Origin: Propionibacterium ruminifibrarum
GTDB taxonomy: Bacteria; Actinomycetota; Actinomycetes; Propionibacteriales; Propionibacteriaceae
Assembly (NCBI RefSeq): GCF_900289195.1
Contig: NZ_OMOH01000007.1
Coordinates: 30,001-62,000 of the forward strand
DNA: 32,000 nt
Reading direction: 5' to 3'
In this document: piece after piece, positions 1-7,207 of the stretch
Position numbering within the stretch: the stretch's first letter is position 1
How the letters are laid out: each line of letters begins with the position of its first letter
Notes under the pieces: generated by a model
What the model was told of the DNA's origin: nothing
Seen by the model: the letters and a program-made list of their open reading frames with translations, nothing else
The model's database searches: none
Made by a program: the position numbers and the translations under genes

Positions 1-248
1 TAGCTCTGGGGGAAGAGCTTGGTGGTGATGAACAGGTCCTCGCGCGTCACGGCGCCGGCGGCGATGGCGTCGCGCACCACCTCGCCGACGGCGACCTCGT
101 TGAAATAGGCGTTGGCGGTGTCGATGTGCCGGTAGCCCAGTTCGAGGGCCTGCGGCAGGTGCTCTGTGACCTCGGCGGAGGTCATCTGGAAGACGCCGTA
201 GCCGAGAGCGGGGATCTGGTGGCCGTCGTTCATCGTGAAGCTCTGCAT
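1..248 (-). CDS. Aldo/keto reductase, N-terminal part (gene continues past the left edge)
   Basis: Not in the ORF track because there is no stop inside the window. The reverse complement starts at ATG (246-248) and reads MQSFTMNDGHQIPALGYGVFQMTSAEVTEHLPQALELGYRHIDTANAYFNEVAVGEVVRDAIAAGAVTREDLFITTKLFPQS. This is the conserved AKR N-terminal core (GYRHIDTA, TTK). It is a paralog of the full AKR at 3408-4277. Confidence 0.8.
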   Translation of the reverse strand, partial: MQSFTMNDGHQIPALGYGVFQMTSAEVTEHLPQALELGYRHIDTANAYFNEVAVGEVVRDAIAAGAVTREDLFITTKLFPQS

Positions 249-305
249 CGGGTGCTCCTGTGCTCGATGGTTTTCTCACCTTCAGTCTTCACCCCGGCGC
301 GCCCC

Positions 306-325
306 GTGTGAAATGCTTTTCACAC
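306..325. promoter_or_regulatory. Inverted repeat GTGTGAAA-tgct-TTTCACAC in the AKR/lysR divergent gap
   Basis: 8-nt perfect arms with a 4-nt spacer. It lies in the 131-nt gap between the AKR start (248) and the lysR start (380). The AT-rich arms stand out in GC-rich DNA. Confidence 0.4.
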
Positions 326-330
326 CAGCG

Positions 331-351
331 CTTATGCTTCGAATGCATAAG
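331..351. promoter_or_regulatory. Candidate LysR box CTTATGC-ttcgaat-GCATAAG
   Basis: 7-nt perfect arms containing a T-N11-A core (TGCTTCGAATGCA), the classic LysR-type binding architecture. It sits 29 nt upstream of the lysR ATG in a divergent promoter region. Confidence 0.45.
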
Positions 352-379
352 TAGGGTGAGTCTGACGGGAAGGTGGGGC

Positions 380-1222
380 ATGGAGCTGGAGCAGTTGCGT
401 CAACTCGACGCCATCGCCCGCGAGGGCACCATGAGCGCGGCGGCGGTGGCCGTCCACATCTCCCAGCCGGCTCTGAGCAGGTCGATCGCCCGCCTCGAGG
501 CCGAGCTCGGCCAGCCCCTGTTCGACCGGGTCGGCCGACGTCTCGAACTCAACGAGGCCGGGCAGGTCGCGCTCGACCACGCCCGGCAGATCCTGCGCGA
601 CGAACGACTCATGCGCGACGCCCTCGATGCCCTGGCCCGCCGCACCAGGGCGCTGCGCGTCGGCACGGTCGCCCCCGCGCCGCTGTGGCGCCTGACAGCC
701 CTCATCGTGGAACGCTTCCCGCAGACGGTGCTCACCTCGAAGATGATCTCCGAGGCCCAGGTCGAGGCGGGCATCCTCGACGGGACGCTCGACCTGGGGA
801 TCGCCCTGCGCCCGCACACACTGCCCGGCGTGCGCTCCCGCCAGCTCATGGTCGAGAACCTGTCGGTCTCGCTGCCGCAGCAGCACCGTCTTGCCGACCG
901 CGGGGACCTCACCGCCGCGGACCTCGACGGCGAGAGCTTCCTTCTGCTGGGCGCCATCGGTTTCTGGCGCGAGATGTGCGACCGGGCCTTCCCGCACTCG
1001 GAATTCATCATCCAGGAGGACCGGGACGTCTTCGAGCAGCTGACCCTGAGCACCGAGATGGCCTACTTCGTCACCGACGCCCCCTCGCTCTCGGCGCCAC
1101 GACAGGGCCGCGTCGTGGTGCCGATCCGCGACGCCATGGCGCACGCCACCTTCTACCTGCTGGCGCTGGCCGACGGGCGCCGGGAGGCCACCGACGTGTT
1201 CGACTGGGTCAGCCGCCAGTAG
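380..1222 (+). CDS. LysR family transcriptional regulator
   Basis: From the ATG at 380 the protein reads MELEQLRQLDAIAREGTMSAAAVAVHISQPALSRSIARLEAELGQPLFDRVGRRLELNEAG. This is a typical LysR N-terminal wHTH followed by a substrate-binding domain (280 aa). The upstream 40 codons of the track ORF (260-379) cover the operator region and look non-coding. Confidence 0.9.
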   Translation: MELEQLRQLDAIAREGTMSAAAVAVHISQPALSRSIARLEAELGQPLFDRVGRRLELNEAGQVALDHARQILRDERLMRDALDALARRTRALRVGTVAPAPLWRLTALIVERFPQTVLTSKMISEAQVEAGILDGTLDLGIALRPHTLPGVRSRQLMVENLSVSLPQQHRLADRGDLTAADLDGESFLLLGAIGFWREMCDRAFPHSEFIIQEDRDVFEQLTLSTEMAYFVTDAPSLSAPRQGRVVVPIRDAMAHATFYLLALADGRREATDVFDWVSRQ

Positions 1223-1286
1223 CCGGGCAGGCGCCCAGCCCCATCGGGGCCGGCCCGATGGGGCGAGACCCGTCACCGACCAACGA

Positions 1287-2693
1287 TCAGTCGAGGGCCG
1301 GTTCGGTCGTGGGCGTGGCAGCCGTCAGTACCGGGGCAGTCTGAGGGCCGGCTTGGCCGGACCTGCGGCCCACGAGGCCGTACCGGGGGCCGAGCGTCCT
1401 GATGAGCACCAGCACGACCAGGGCCGCGATCGTCTCGGCCACGATGATCGAGGACCAGATGCCCACGGGCCCGATGAGTGTCGGCAGCAGCAGCACCGAG
1501 CAGACCTCCAGACCGAGGGTCCGGCCAGCCGCCAGGGCCGCCGAGACGAGACCGTTGCCGAGGGCGGTGAACAGCGACGAGCCGTACATGCCCACGCCCA
1601 CCGACAGGAACGAGAGCGAGAAGATGCGGAAGGCCGTCTCGGTCAGTTGCATGAGCCTCGTGTCGTAGCCGGCGAAGATGAACGCCAGCGGGTGGGCGAG
1701 CAGCTGCGAGGCGACCATCATGAATGCGCCGGTGATGGTGATGATGGCGAGTGATCTGCGCATGAGGCTGCGCTTCTCGACATCGTTCGCGGCGCCGTGC
1801 TGGAAACTCATGAGCGGGGCCGAACCCATGCAGAAGCCCTCGAAGATCGCGGTGAAGATCATGCTGACGTACATGACCGTGCCGTAGGCGGCCACCCCGT
1901 CCTGGCCGATGAACCTCAGCAGCTGCAGGTTGTAGATGATGCTCACCACCGAGATGGAGATCGCGGCCATCATCTCGGACGAGCCGTTCACGCAGGCCCT
2001 GCCGAGCGCGGCCGGATCCCCTGCGGGGCGTCCCAGCCTCAGGAAGCTCGGGTTCGGCCGTGCGAACCAGGCCAGTGGCACGAGGCCTCCGACGAGCTCG
2101 GAGACGACAGTGGCCCAGGCCGCGCCGGCCACGCCCCGGCCGAGGACGCCGACGAACAGGATGTCCAGCGACATGTTGGCCAGCCCCGCCGCGAGGGTCA
2201 CGTACAGGCCGAGCCGGGGCCTGCCGGCCGTCGAGGCGAAGGCCTGGAAGGCGTACTGGAGCATGAACGCCGGCAGCGAGACCATGAGGATCCGCCCGTA
2301 CAGCACGCTCAGCTCCAGCATCTCGCCCGACGCGCCGAGGAGCTGGGCGACGGGGCGCATGACGAGGGCGCCGACCACCGCCAGGGCGATGCCTGCGCCG
2401 AGCGTGACGTAGACGATCATCGAGAAGTACCGGTCGGCCAGCTCGCCGCGACCCCGTCCGCGGGTGTGGGAGACCAGCGCGCTGCCGCCTGACCCCATCA
2501 TGAAACCGAGGGTGCCCAGGATCATGATGAACGGCATGATGAGGTTGACGGCGGCGAAAGCCGTCTTGCCGGCGAAGTTCGAGACGAACAGGCCGTCGAC
2601 GATGCCGTAGATCGAGGTGAAGATCATCATCGAGATCGAGGGCAGCGTGAAGCGCAGCAGGGCGCGGACGCTGAAGTGGCGTGACATGTCCAT
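1287..2693 (-). CDS. MATE family efflux transporter
   Basis: 468 aa and highly hydrophobic, with about 12 predicted TM segments. The N-terminus LLRFTLPSISMMIFTSIYGIVDGLFVSNFAGKTAFAAVNL is the MATE (MatE/NorM-like) signature. It starts 5 nt after the marR stop. Confidence 0.9.
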   Translation of the reverse strand: MDMSRHFSVRALLRFTLPSISMMIFTSIYGIVDGLFVSNFAGKTAFAAVNLIMPFIMILGTLGFMMGSGGSALVSHTRGRGRGELADRYFSMIVYVTLGAGIALAVVGALVMRPVAQLLGASGEMLELSVLYGRILMVSLPAFMLQYAFQAFASTAGRPRLGLYVTLAAGLANMSLDILFVGVLGRGVAGAAWATVVSELVGGLVPLAWFARPNPSFLRLGRPAGDPAALGRACVNGSSEMMAAISISVVSIIYNLQLLRFIGQDGVAAYGTVMYVSMIFTAIFEGFCMGSAPLMSFQHGAANDVEKRSLMRRSLAIITITGAFMMVASQLLAHPLAFIFAGYDTRLMQLTETAFRIFSLSFLSVGVGMYGSSLFTALGNGLVSAALAAGRTLGLEVCSVLLLPTLIGPVGIWSSIIVAETIAALVVLVLIRTLGPRYGLVGRRSGQAGPQTAPVLTAATPTTEPALD

Positions 2694-2698
2694 GGCCG

Positions 2699-3145
2699 TC
2701 AGTCGCTCCAGATCGCGTCGAGTTCATCCGACAGGGCGGTGGAGTAGGTGGTCAGGGCGGAGACGAGCGCGGCGCGTTGCCCGCTGGGAATGGCGGCCAG
2801 TGCGGCCAGCTCGGCGTCGATGACCGGGACGATGCGTTCGCCGACGATCCGCCGGCCCCGTGCCGTGAGGAAGACATGCGTCATGCGCCCGGCGCCGGGC
2901 TCGACACGGATGGTGCCCTCGTCCTGAAGCCTCTTGATGGCCGAGTTGACCGTCTGCTTGCCGGTGAAGCACAGCTCACACAGCCGCCGTTGCGAGCAGC
3001 CCTCGCCGGCCACGTGCAGCGCGTAGAGGATGTCGAAGGAGCTGTCCGAGAGCCCTGCCGCGCGGGCGGCGCGGTGGTAGGCCTCGTCGATGCGCTTGCT
3101 CGCCGCGTTGATGGCTCTCTGCAGAGTCATCAGATCTGTCGTCAT
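2699..3145 (-). CDS. MarR family transcriptional regulator (operon with the MATE pump)
   Basis: The wHTH core reads LSDSSFDILYALHVAGEGCSQRRLCELCFTGKQTVNSAIKRLQDEGTIRVEPGAGRMTHVFLTARG. I chose the start at ATG 3145 (MTTDLM...) because GGAGAAG lies about 8 nt upstream. The track ORF extends to 3184. Confidence 0.85.
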   Translation of the reverse strand: MTTDLMTLQRAINAASKRIDEAYHRAARAAGLSDSSFDILYALHVAGEGCSQRRLCELCFTGKQTVNSAIKRLQDEGTIRVEPGAGRMTHVFLTARGRRIVGERIVPVIDAELAALAAIPSGQRAALVSALTTYSTALSDELDAIWSD

Positions 3146-3168
3146 GGGGTCTTCTCCACCGCATTCGA

Positions 3169-3182
3169 GTCCGATTTCGGAC
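3169..3182. promoter_or_regulatory. Dyad GTCCGA-tt-TCGGAC just upstream of marR
   Basis: 6-nt perfect arms, 24 nt upstream of the marR ATG, placed as an autoregulatory MarR operator would be. It is short, so chance occurrence is possible. Confidence 0.3.
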
Positions 3183-3319
3183 ATAAAGGATCCGGTTCAT
3201 CACCCTATGCGGCGGATGCCGGAACACAAGCCCATGGCAACAACGCAGCCATCACGGTCACCGAAGAGCCGCCGTGCGGCGTGACGCGGCGGCTCGCGGT
3301 GGAAGGGGGGCGCGACGAC

Positions 3320-3345
3320 TCGGCCCGGGCGGATGGCCCGGGCCG
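3320..3345. terminator. GC-rich hairpin (11-bp perfect stem, 4-nt loop) downstream of the AKR gene
   Basis: TCGGCCCGGGC-ggat-GCCCGGGCCGA, about 63 nt past the AKR stop (3408) in the gap before marR. There is no U-tract, so it would be an I-shaped (tract-less) terminator or an insulator between operons. Confidence 0.4.
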
Positions 3346-3407
3346 AGTGTGCGCCACGACGAGTGCACCGCTGCGACAGATTCCTGCCCGGCGGGGCGGT
3401 TTCGGCC

Positions 3408-4277
3408 TCAGCCCAGCTGGGTCCGGAACACGGGGAAGAAGCTGTGCTCGCCGTAACTGGCGAGCCGTCCGACCGATCGCAGGGCCGCCATGTCGTCCTC
3501 GCCGATCGTGAAGTCGAGCGCGGCGTTCTGCTCCATGTGGGCCCGGTTGGCGGTCTTGGGCAGGGCGACCAGCCCCAGCTGCAGGACGTACCGGATACAC
3601 AGCTGCGGCACCGATGCGCCGTACCGGGCGGCGATGGCCGCAACCTCCTCGTTGTCGAGGATCGCGCCGTGCGCCACGGGGGAGTAGGCCTCGACCACCA
3701 CGTCGTTCGACTGGCAGAAGTCGATGAGCTCGAACGGGGTGTTCCCCACGTGGGCGAGCACCTGGTTGACGGCCGGCTTGACGCGGGCGTTGTCGATGAT
3801 GTTGCGCACGTCGTCGACGAGGAAGTTGCTCACGCCGATCGACCGCACCTTACCCGCCGCCTGAGCGTCTTCCAGGGCCCGCCAGGCATCGAGGTTCTCC
3901 GCGTAGTAGTGGTTGTCGTCGGCGCGGAACTCGGCCCACGGCTGGGGGCTGTGGATGATGAGCAGGTCGACGTAGTCCAGCCCCAGCCTGGCAAGCGACT
4001 CGTCGATCGAGGCGGCGGCCGAGTCGTACGACTTGTGCTCTGCCGCGACCTTCGTCGTGACGAACAACTCCTCACGGGCGACGCCGCATTCGCGGATGCC
4101 GGCTCCGACGCCGGTCTCGTTGCCGTAGGCCTGCGCCGTGTCGATGTGGCGGTAGCCGACGGCCACCGCGTCCTTGACCGCCTGTGCCGCGTCGGCGTCG
4201 TCGATGAGCCAGGTGCCCAGACCGAGCGCGGGGATCGAGGTGCCGTCGTTGAGTCGGATCTGCTTGTCGTATGCCAT
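3408..4277 (-). CDS. Aldo/keto reductase
   Basis: Starts at ATG 4277 with an AAGGAAAGGAAG RBS. The protein reads MAYDKQIRLNDGTSIPALGLGTWLIDDADAAQAVKDAVAVGYRHIDTAQAYGNE...FVTTKV...IIHSP...VSNF, giving the full AKR motif set (289 aa). The track ORF N-terminal extension (to 4508) overlaps the cupin gene and is Arg-rich junk. Confidence 0.9.
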   Translation of the reverse strand: MAYDKQIRLNDGTSIPALGLGTWLIDDADAAQAVKDAVAVGYRHIDTAQAYGNETGVGAGIRECGVAREELFVTTKVAAEHKSYDSAAASIDESLARLGLDYVDLLIIHSPQPWAEFRADDNHYYAENLDAWRALEDAQAAGKVRSIGVSNFLVDDVRNIIDNARVKPAVNQVLAHVGNTPFELIDFCQSNDVVVEAYSPVAHGAILDNEEVAAIAARYGASVPQLCIRYVLQLGLVALPKTANRAHMEQNAALDFTIGEDDMAALRSVGRLASYGEHSFFPVFRTQLG

Positions 4278-4321
4278 GGTCTTCCTTTCCTTGCCGCCCA
4301 GACGTACTGGCGGCGGTGGAC

Positions 4322-4738
4322 TCACGCGAGAGCGCTGTACTCCTCGTCGGTGACGGGCTCGAGCCACTCGTTGTCGATGCCCTCGCCGGGGACCATGATG
4401 GCGATGTGGGTGAACCAGGAGTCGGGCGCCGCGCCGTGCCAGTGCTTCGTGCCGGCGGGCACGTTGACGACGTCGCCGGGGCGCAGCTCGACGGGTTCGG
4501 CGCCCCACTCCTGGTAGTAGCCGCGGCCCGCGGTGGCGAGCAGGATCTGGCCGCCGCCGGAGCTGGCGTGGTGGATGTGCCAGTTGTTGCGGCAGCCGGG
4601 CTCGAAGGTCACGTTCGAGATCTGCACCTGCTCGGTCGAGATCGGGGCCAGGTAACTCGTGCCGATGAAGTACTTCGCGTATGCCGTGTTCTCCTCACCG
4701 AGGGGGAAGGGGCCGGTGTCGATCTCGTTGGTCATCAT
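4322..4738 (-). CDS. Cupin domain protein
   Basis: Starts MMTNEIDTGPFPLGEEN with a GAAAGG RBS. The cupin motifs are FEPGCRNNWHIHHASSGGGQILL and GDVVNVPAGTKHWHGA (138 aa). It ends 44 nt upstream of the AKR start, so a likely cupin-AKR operon. Confidence 0.85.
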   Translation of the reverse strand: MMTNEIDTGPFPLGEENTAYAKYFIGTSYLAPISTEQVQISNVTFEPGCRNNWHIHHASSGGGQILLATAGRGYYQEWGAEPVELRPGDVVNVPAGTKHWHGAAPDSWFTHIAIMVPGEGIDNEWLEPVTDEEYSALA

Positions 4739-4903
4739 GGGTGCCTTTCTGCGGTGCCGGTCATCCTGCCCGGCAGGGCCCTCACGCCGTGGCCAGGTAC
4801 GGCGCCGAGATGACGGCCGGGTCACGGGTCGGGTGGTTCCGGGAGGGTTCTCTCCCACAGCCCATTCTGGGACGCACGTGTCCCGGCATCCAATACCCAT
4901 GTC

Positions 4904-5791
4904 CTAGAGTCCGCCATGCCCGGACTGCATGACGCGTAGCAGGTCGAGGAATGCCGTGGGGACAGCGCCCCCGGGACCGCCCTTCTTCCAGGCGAACACT
5001 GAGCTCATGGTCAGAGCCGGGGACAGCGGACGGAAGGCGAAGCGGCGCGGATCCAGGTGTGTCACCGCACCATCGATGGTCAGGGCCGAGGCCGTGCCCG
5101 ACTCGACCAGTGTGAGCGCCGTGGGCAGCAGGTTGACGGTGCAGGTGATGTCGAGACGCTCAACCGGCATGCCCAGCCAGCTGATGATCTCGCCGGCCAG
5201 TTCCGGGCGGCCACTGCTCACCAGGGGCCGGCCGACCAGGTCCTGGGGCACGATCGAGTCCCTGCGCGCCAGCTCGTCGTCGCTGCGGGTGAGCAGCCCC
5301 CAGCGCTCCCTGACGCCGAGCCGGATGTAGGCGTAGTGCGAGACGTCGACCGGTTCCAGCATGATCGCGAAGTCGAGCAGGCCGGCGTCGAGACGCTCCT
5401 TCACGTACTCGGCGCTGTTCGTGTAGAGCTCGAAGCCGACACCCGGGTGTCGGCGGCGGAACGTGCCCATCGCGGCGGGCAGGATCCGGGTTGACGACAG
5501 ATCACCGCTGCCGATCGAGACGGTGCCGGTCAGCTCGGTGCCGTCCCGGAACTCGGTCTCGACCTTGTCGGCCAGTGCGAGCAGTTCCTCGGCGCGCCGT
5601 GCCAGGCGCCGCCCGGCATCGGTGAGCTCAAGACGTCGGCCGCGCCTGAACAGGCTCGTGCCGAGCTCCTTCTCGAGGGAGGCGATCTGGCGGCTCAGTG
5701 TCGGCTGGGTCAGGTGCAGTGCCTCGGCTGCCCGGGACATGTTCTCCTCGCGGACGACCGTCAGGTAGTAGCGCAGCACCCGCAGCTCCAT
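4904..5791 (-). CDS. LysR family transcriptional regulator
   Basis: MELRVLRYYLTVVREENMSRAAEALHLTQPTLSRQIASLEKELGTSLFRRGRRLELTDAGRRL is a canonical LysR HTH, followed by a periplasmic-binding-type effector domain (295 aa). Confidence 0.9.
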   Translation of the reverse strand: MELRVLRYYLTVVREENMSRAAEALHLTQPTLSRQIASLEKELGTSLFRRGRRLELTDAGRRLARRAEELLALADKVETEFRDGTELTGTVSIGSGDLSSTRILPAAMGTFRRRHPGVGFELYTNSAEYVKERLDAGLLDFAIMLEPVDVSHYAYIRLGVRERWGLLTRSDDELARRDSIVPQDLVGRPLVSSGRPELAGEIISWLGMPVERLDITCTVNLLPTALTLVESGTASALTIDGAVTHLDPRRFAFRPLSPALTMSSVFAWKKGGPGGAVPTAFLDLLRVMQSGHGGL

Positions 5792-5839
5792 GGCGCCAAA
5801 TCTACCGGTGGGGGCGTGACACCTGCCGATGGCGCGGTT

Positions 5840-5998
5840 CTAGCGGCGGTAGCCGATCACCCAGGTCACCGCGTAGGCGATGGTCGCCGTGACGAGCAGC
5901 GCGCCGATCATGACGATGCTCGTCTCGTACAGGGGCATGCTCGCATGAGCGAACGATCCGGCCACGTGCAGGGCGAACAGCGCGGCGGCCACAGTCAC
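5840..5998 (-). CDS. Small hydrophobic protein (52 aa, two predicted TM-like segments), coupled to the P450
   Basis: The GTG start at 5998-5996 overlaps the P450 TGA (5997-5995) as GTGA. The product is VTVAAALFALHVAGSFAHASMPLYETSIVMIGALLVTATIAYAVTWVIGYRR. About 90% of codons end in G/C, as in neighbouring genes. It is only the tail of track ORF 5840-7087. An alternative ATG start (MPLYE..., 32 aa) exists. Confidence 0.4.
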   Translation of the reverse strand: MTVAAALFALHVAGSFAHASMPLYETSIVMIGALLVTATIAYAVTWVIGYRR

Positions 5999-7053
5999 CC
6001 TCGGGCGCGCAGCACGATGGGCAGTGACTCCCAGCCGCCCAGCGGGAACTGTGCCCGGACGCCCTCGCCGGCCGCCTCGACGCGGAAACGCGACAGCAGG
6101 GCGCGGGTCAGGACCCGCAGCTCCAGGGTCGCCAGCGGTCGGCCGGGGCAGGCGTGCGGCCCCGTGCCGTAGACGAGGTTCTTGTCGGCGTTCCCCTCGG
6201 GGTCGTAGCGGTCGGGGTCGCCGAAGGCCTCGGGGTCGCGGTTCGCCCTGGTCCAGTTGATGACCACCTGGGTGCCGGCCGGCACGTCGCGGCCGGCGAC
6301 GTGGACGTCCCGCGTGGTGACGCGGCGGTTCGAGGTGAACGGGTCGTCGATCCGCAGCACCTCGTCGATGGCCGCGTCGAGTCCGGCGTCGTCGAGGCCC
6401 TCCCACTCGTCCTGCATCTGAGAGTGGGTGACGAGCCAGTGCGCGAGGACACCGACGCACAGGGCCAGCGAGCCGAGATCGCCGCCGGTCCAGTTGCGCA
6501 GGATCGACACGAGTGCCGGATCGGGCAGCGGTTGGCCATCCCCGTCGCGAAGGTGGACGAGTTCCCAGGTCAGATCGTGCGGGGCGTCCGGGGCCCGGTG
6601 CGCGGTGACGATCGAGGTGATGATGCGGTCGAACCACTCGGCCACCTCGCGGGTTCGGGCCAGCTCGCCCGAGCGCGTGGCCTCGTGGTTGGCGCCCATC
6701 CACTCGATGAGTTCGTCCTCGAGGTCGGGCGACCAGCCCAGCCACGCCGACTGGCTGCGGACCGCGTACCTGGAGCCCAGGTCGTTCACCGCGTCCAGCG
6801 CGGCGCCGTCGAAGAGCGGGTCGAGCAGGCCGGCGCAGACCCTCTCCAGGAGCGGGCGCAGCGCGGCCATCCGCTCGGGCGAGAAGAACGGGGCCAGGAG
6901 CCGGCGCATCGCCGTGTGCTCGGTCCCATCCATGCCATTGGGCACCTGAAGGAAACGCGAGACGTGACTCGAGTAGGTGACCGGGTCCTGCGCCACGGCG
7001 ACGGCCTCGGCATGGGTGTCGATGACTGGACGCTCGGTCTGCTGGTCGGTCAT
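5995..7053 (-). CDS. Cytochrome P450 (short, 352 aa)
   Basis: ATG 7053 is preceded by AGGAGG. The Cys-ligand loop is LVYGTGPHACPGRPLA, ExxR is present in IDEVLRIDDP, and a PERF-like region is RANRDPEAFGDPDRYDPEG. It begins near the DPxxFSS region, so it lacks the ~50-aa N-terminal beta-1/A-helix segment of typical P450s. Confidence 0.85.
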   Translation of the reverse strand: MTDQQTERPVIDTHAEAVAVAQDPVTYSSHVSRFLQVPNGMDGTEHTAMRRLLAPFFSPERMAALRPLLERVCAGLLDPLFDGAALDAVNDLGSRYAVRSQSAWLGWSPDLEDELIEWMGANHEATRSGELARTREVAEWFDRIITSIVTAHRAPDAPHDLTWELVHLRDGDGQPLPDPALVSILRNWTGGDLGSLALCVGVLAHWLVTHSQMQDEWEGLDDAGLDAAIDEVLRIDDPFTSNRRVTTRDVHVAGRDVPAGTQVVINWTRANRDPEAFGDPDRYDPEGNADKNLVYGTGPHACPGRPLATLELRVLTRALLSRFRVEAAGEGVRAQFPLGGWESLPIVLRARG

Positions 7054-7207
7054 GGTGTGCCTCCTGGTGCGGCCCGGCCCGGGCCACCTGCGGTTCTTTT
7101 TCCCTAAGATTACCGGAGAAATTACTTCCGCGTAGGAACGCTCACGCAGTGGTGAGTACGTGAATCGAGGCCTCGCCACGCACCGGGCGCCGTCGTCCGC
7201 CGCGGCG

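Noticed and set aside
332-1344. Long ORFs antisense to or out of frame with LysR (332-1276 minus, 373-1344 plus, 400-1053 minus)
   Set aside because: Arg/Pro/Ala/Gly-rich products without motifs that fully overlap a well-supported LysR gene. They arise because stop codons are rare in GC-rich off-frames.
1273-2727. 484-aa ORF on the same strand as the MATE transporter but in another frame
   Set aside because: The product is a low-complexity Arg/Pro/Gly/His string with no domain-like pattern. The alternative frame (1287-2693) gives a clean 12-TM MATE protein. This is a typical shadow ORF of high-GC DNA.
4765-4884. Short GC-rich palindromes upstream of the cupin gene (CCTGCCcGGCAGG at 4765-4777; GGGACgcacgtGTCCC at 4869-4884), considered as LysR operators
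   Set aside because: Six-bp-arm GC-rich palindromes are expected by chance many times in 32 kb at this base composition. Neither has T-N11-A architecture, so they are not reported as features.
5999-7087. The bulk of the 415-aa ORF 5840-7087
   Set aside because: Upstream of 5998 this frame is an off-frame of the P450 gene with an Arg/Pro/Gly-rich product. Only its last 52 codons, which lie beyond the P450 stop, are considered potentially real.
7054-7179. Possible longer N-terminus for the short P450 (track ORF start at 7179)
   Set aside because: The extra 42 residues (MARPRFTYSPLRERSYAEVISPVILGKKNRRW...) do not resemble the missing P450 N-terminal region. They span an AT-rich promoter-like stretch, and a consensus AGGAGG sits in front of ATG 7053.
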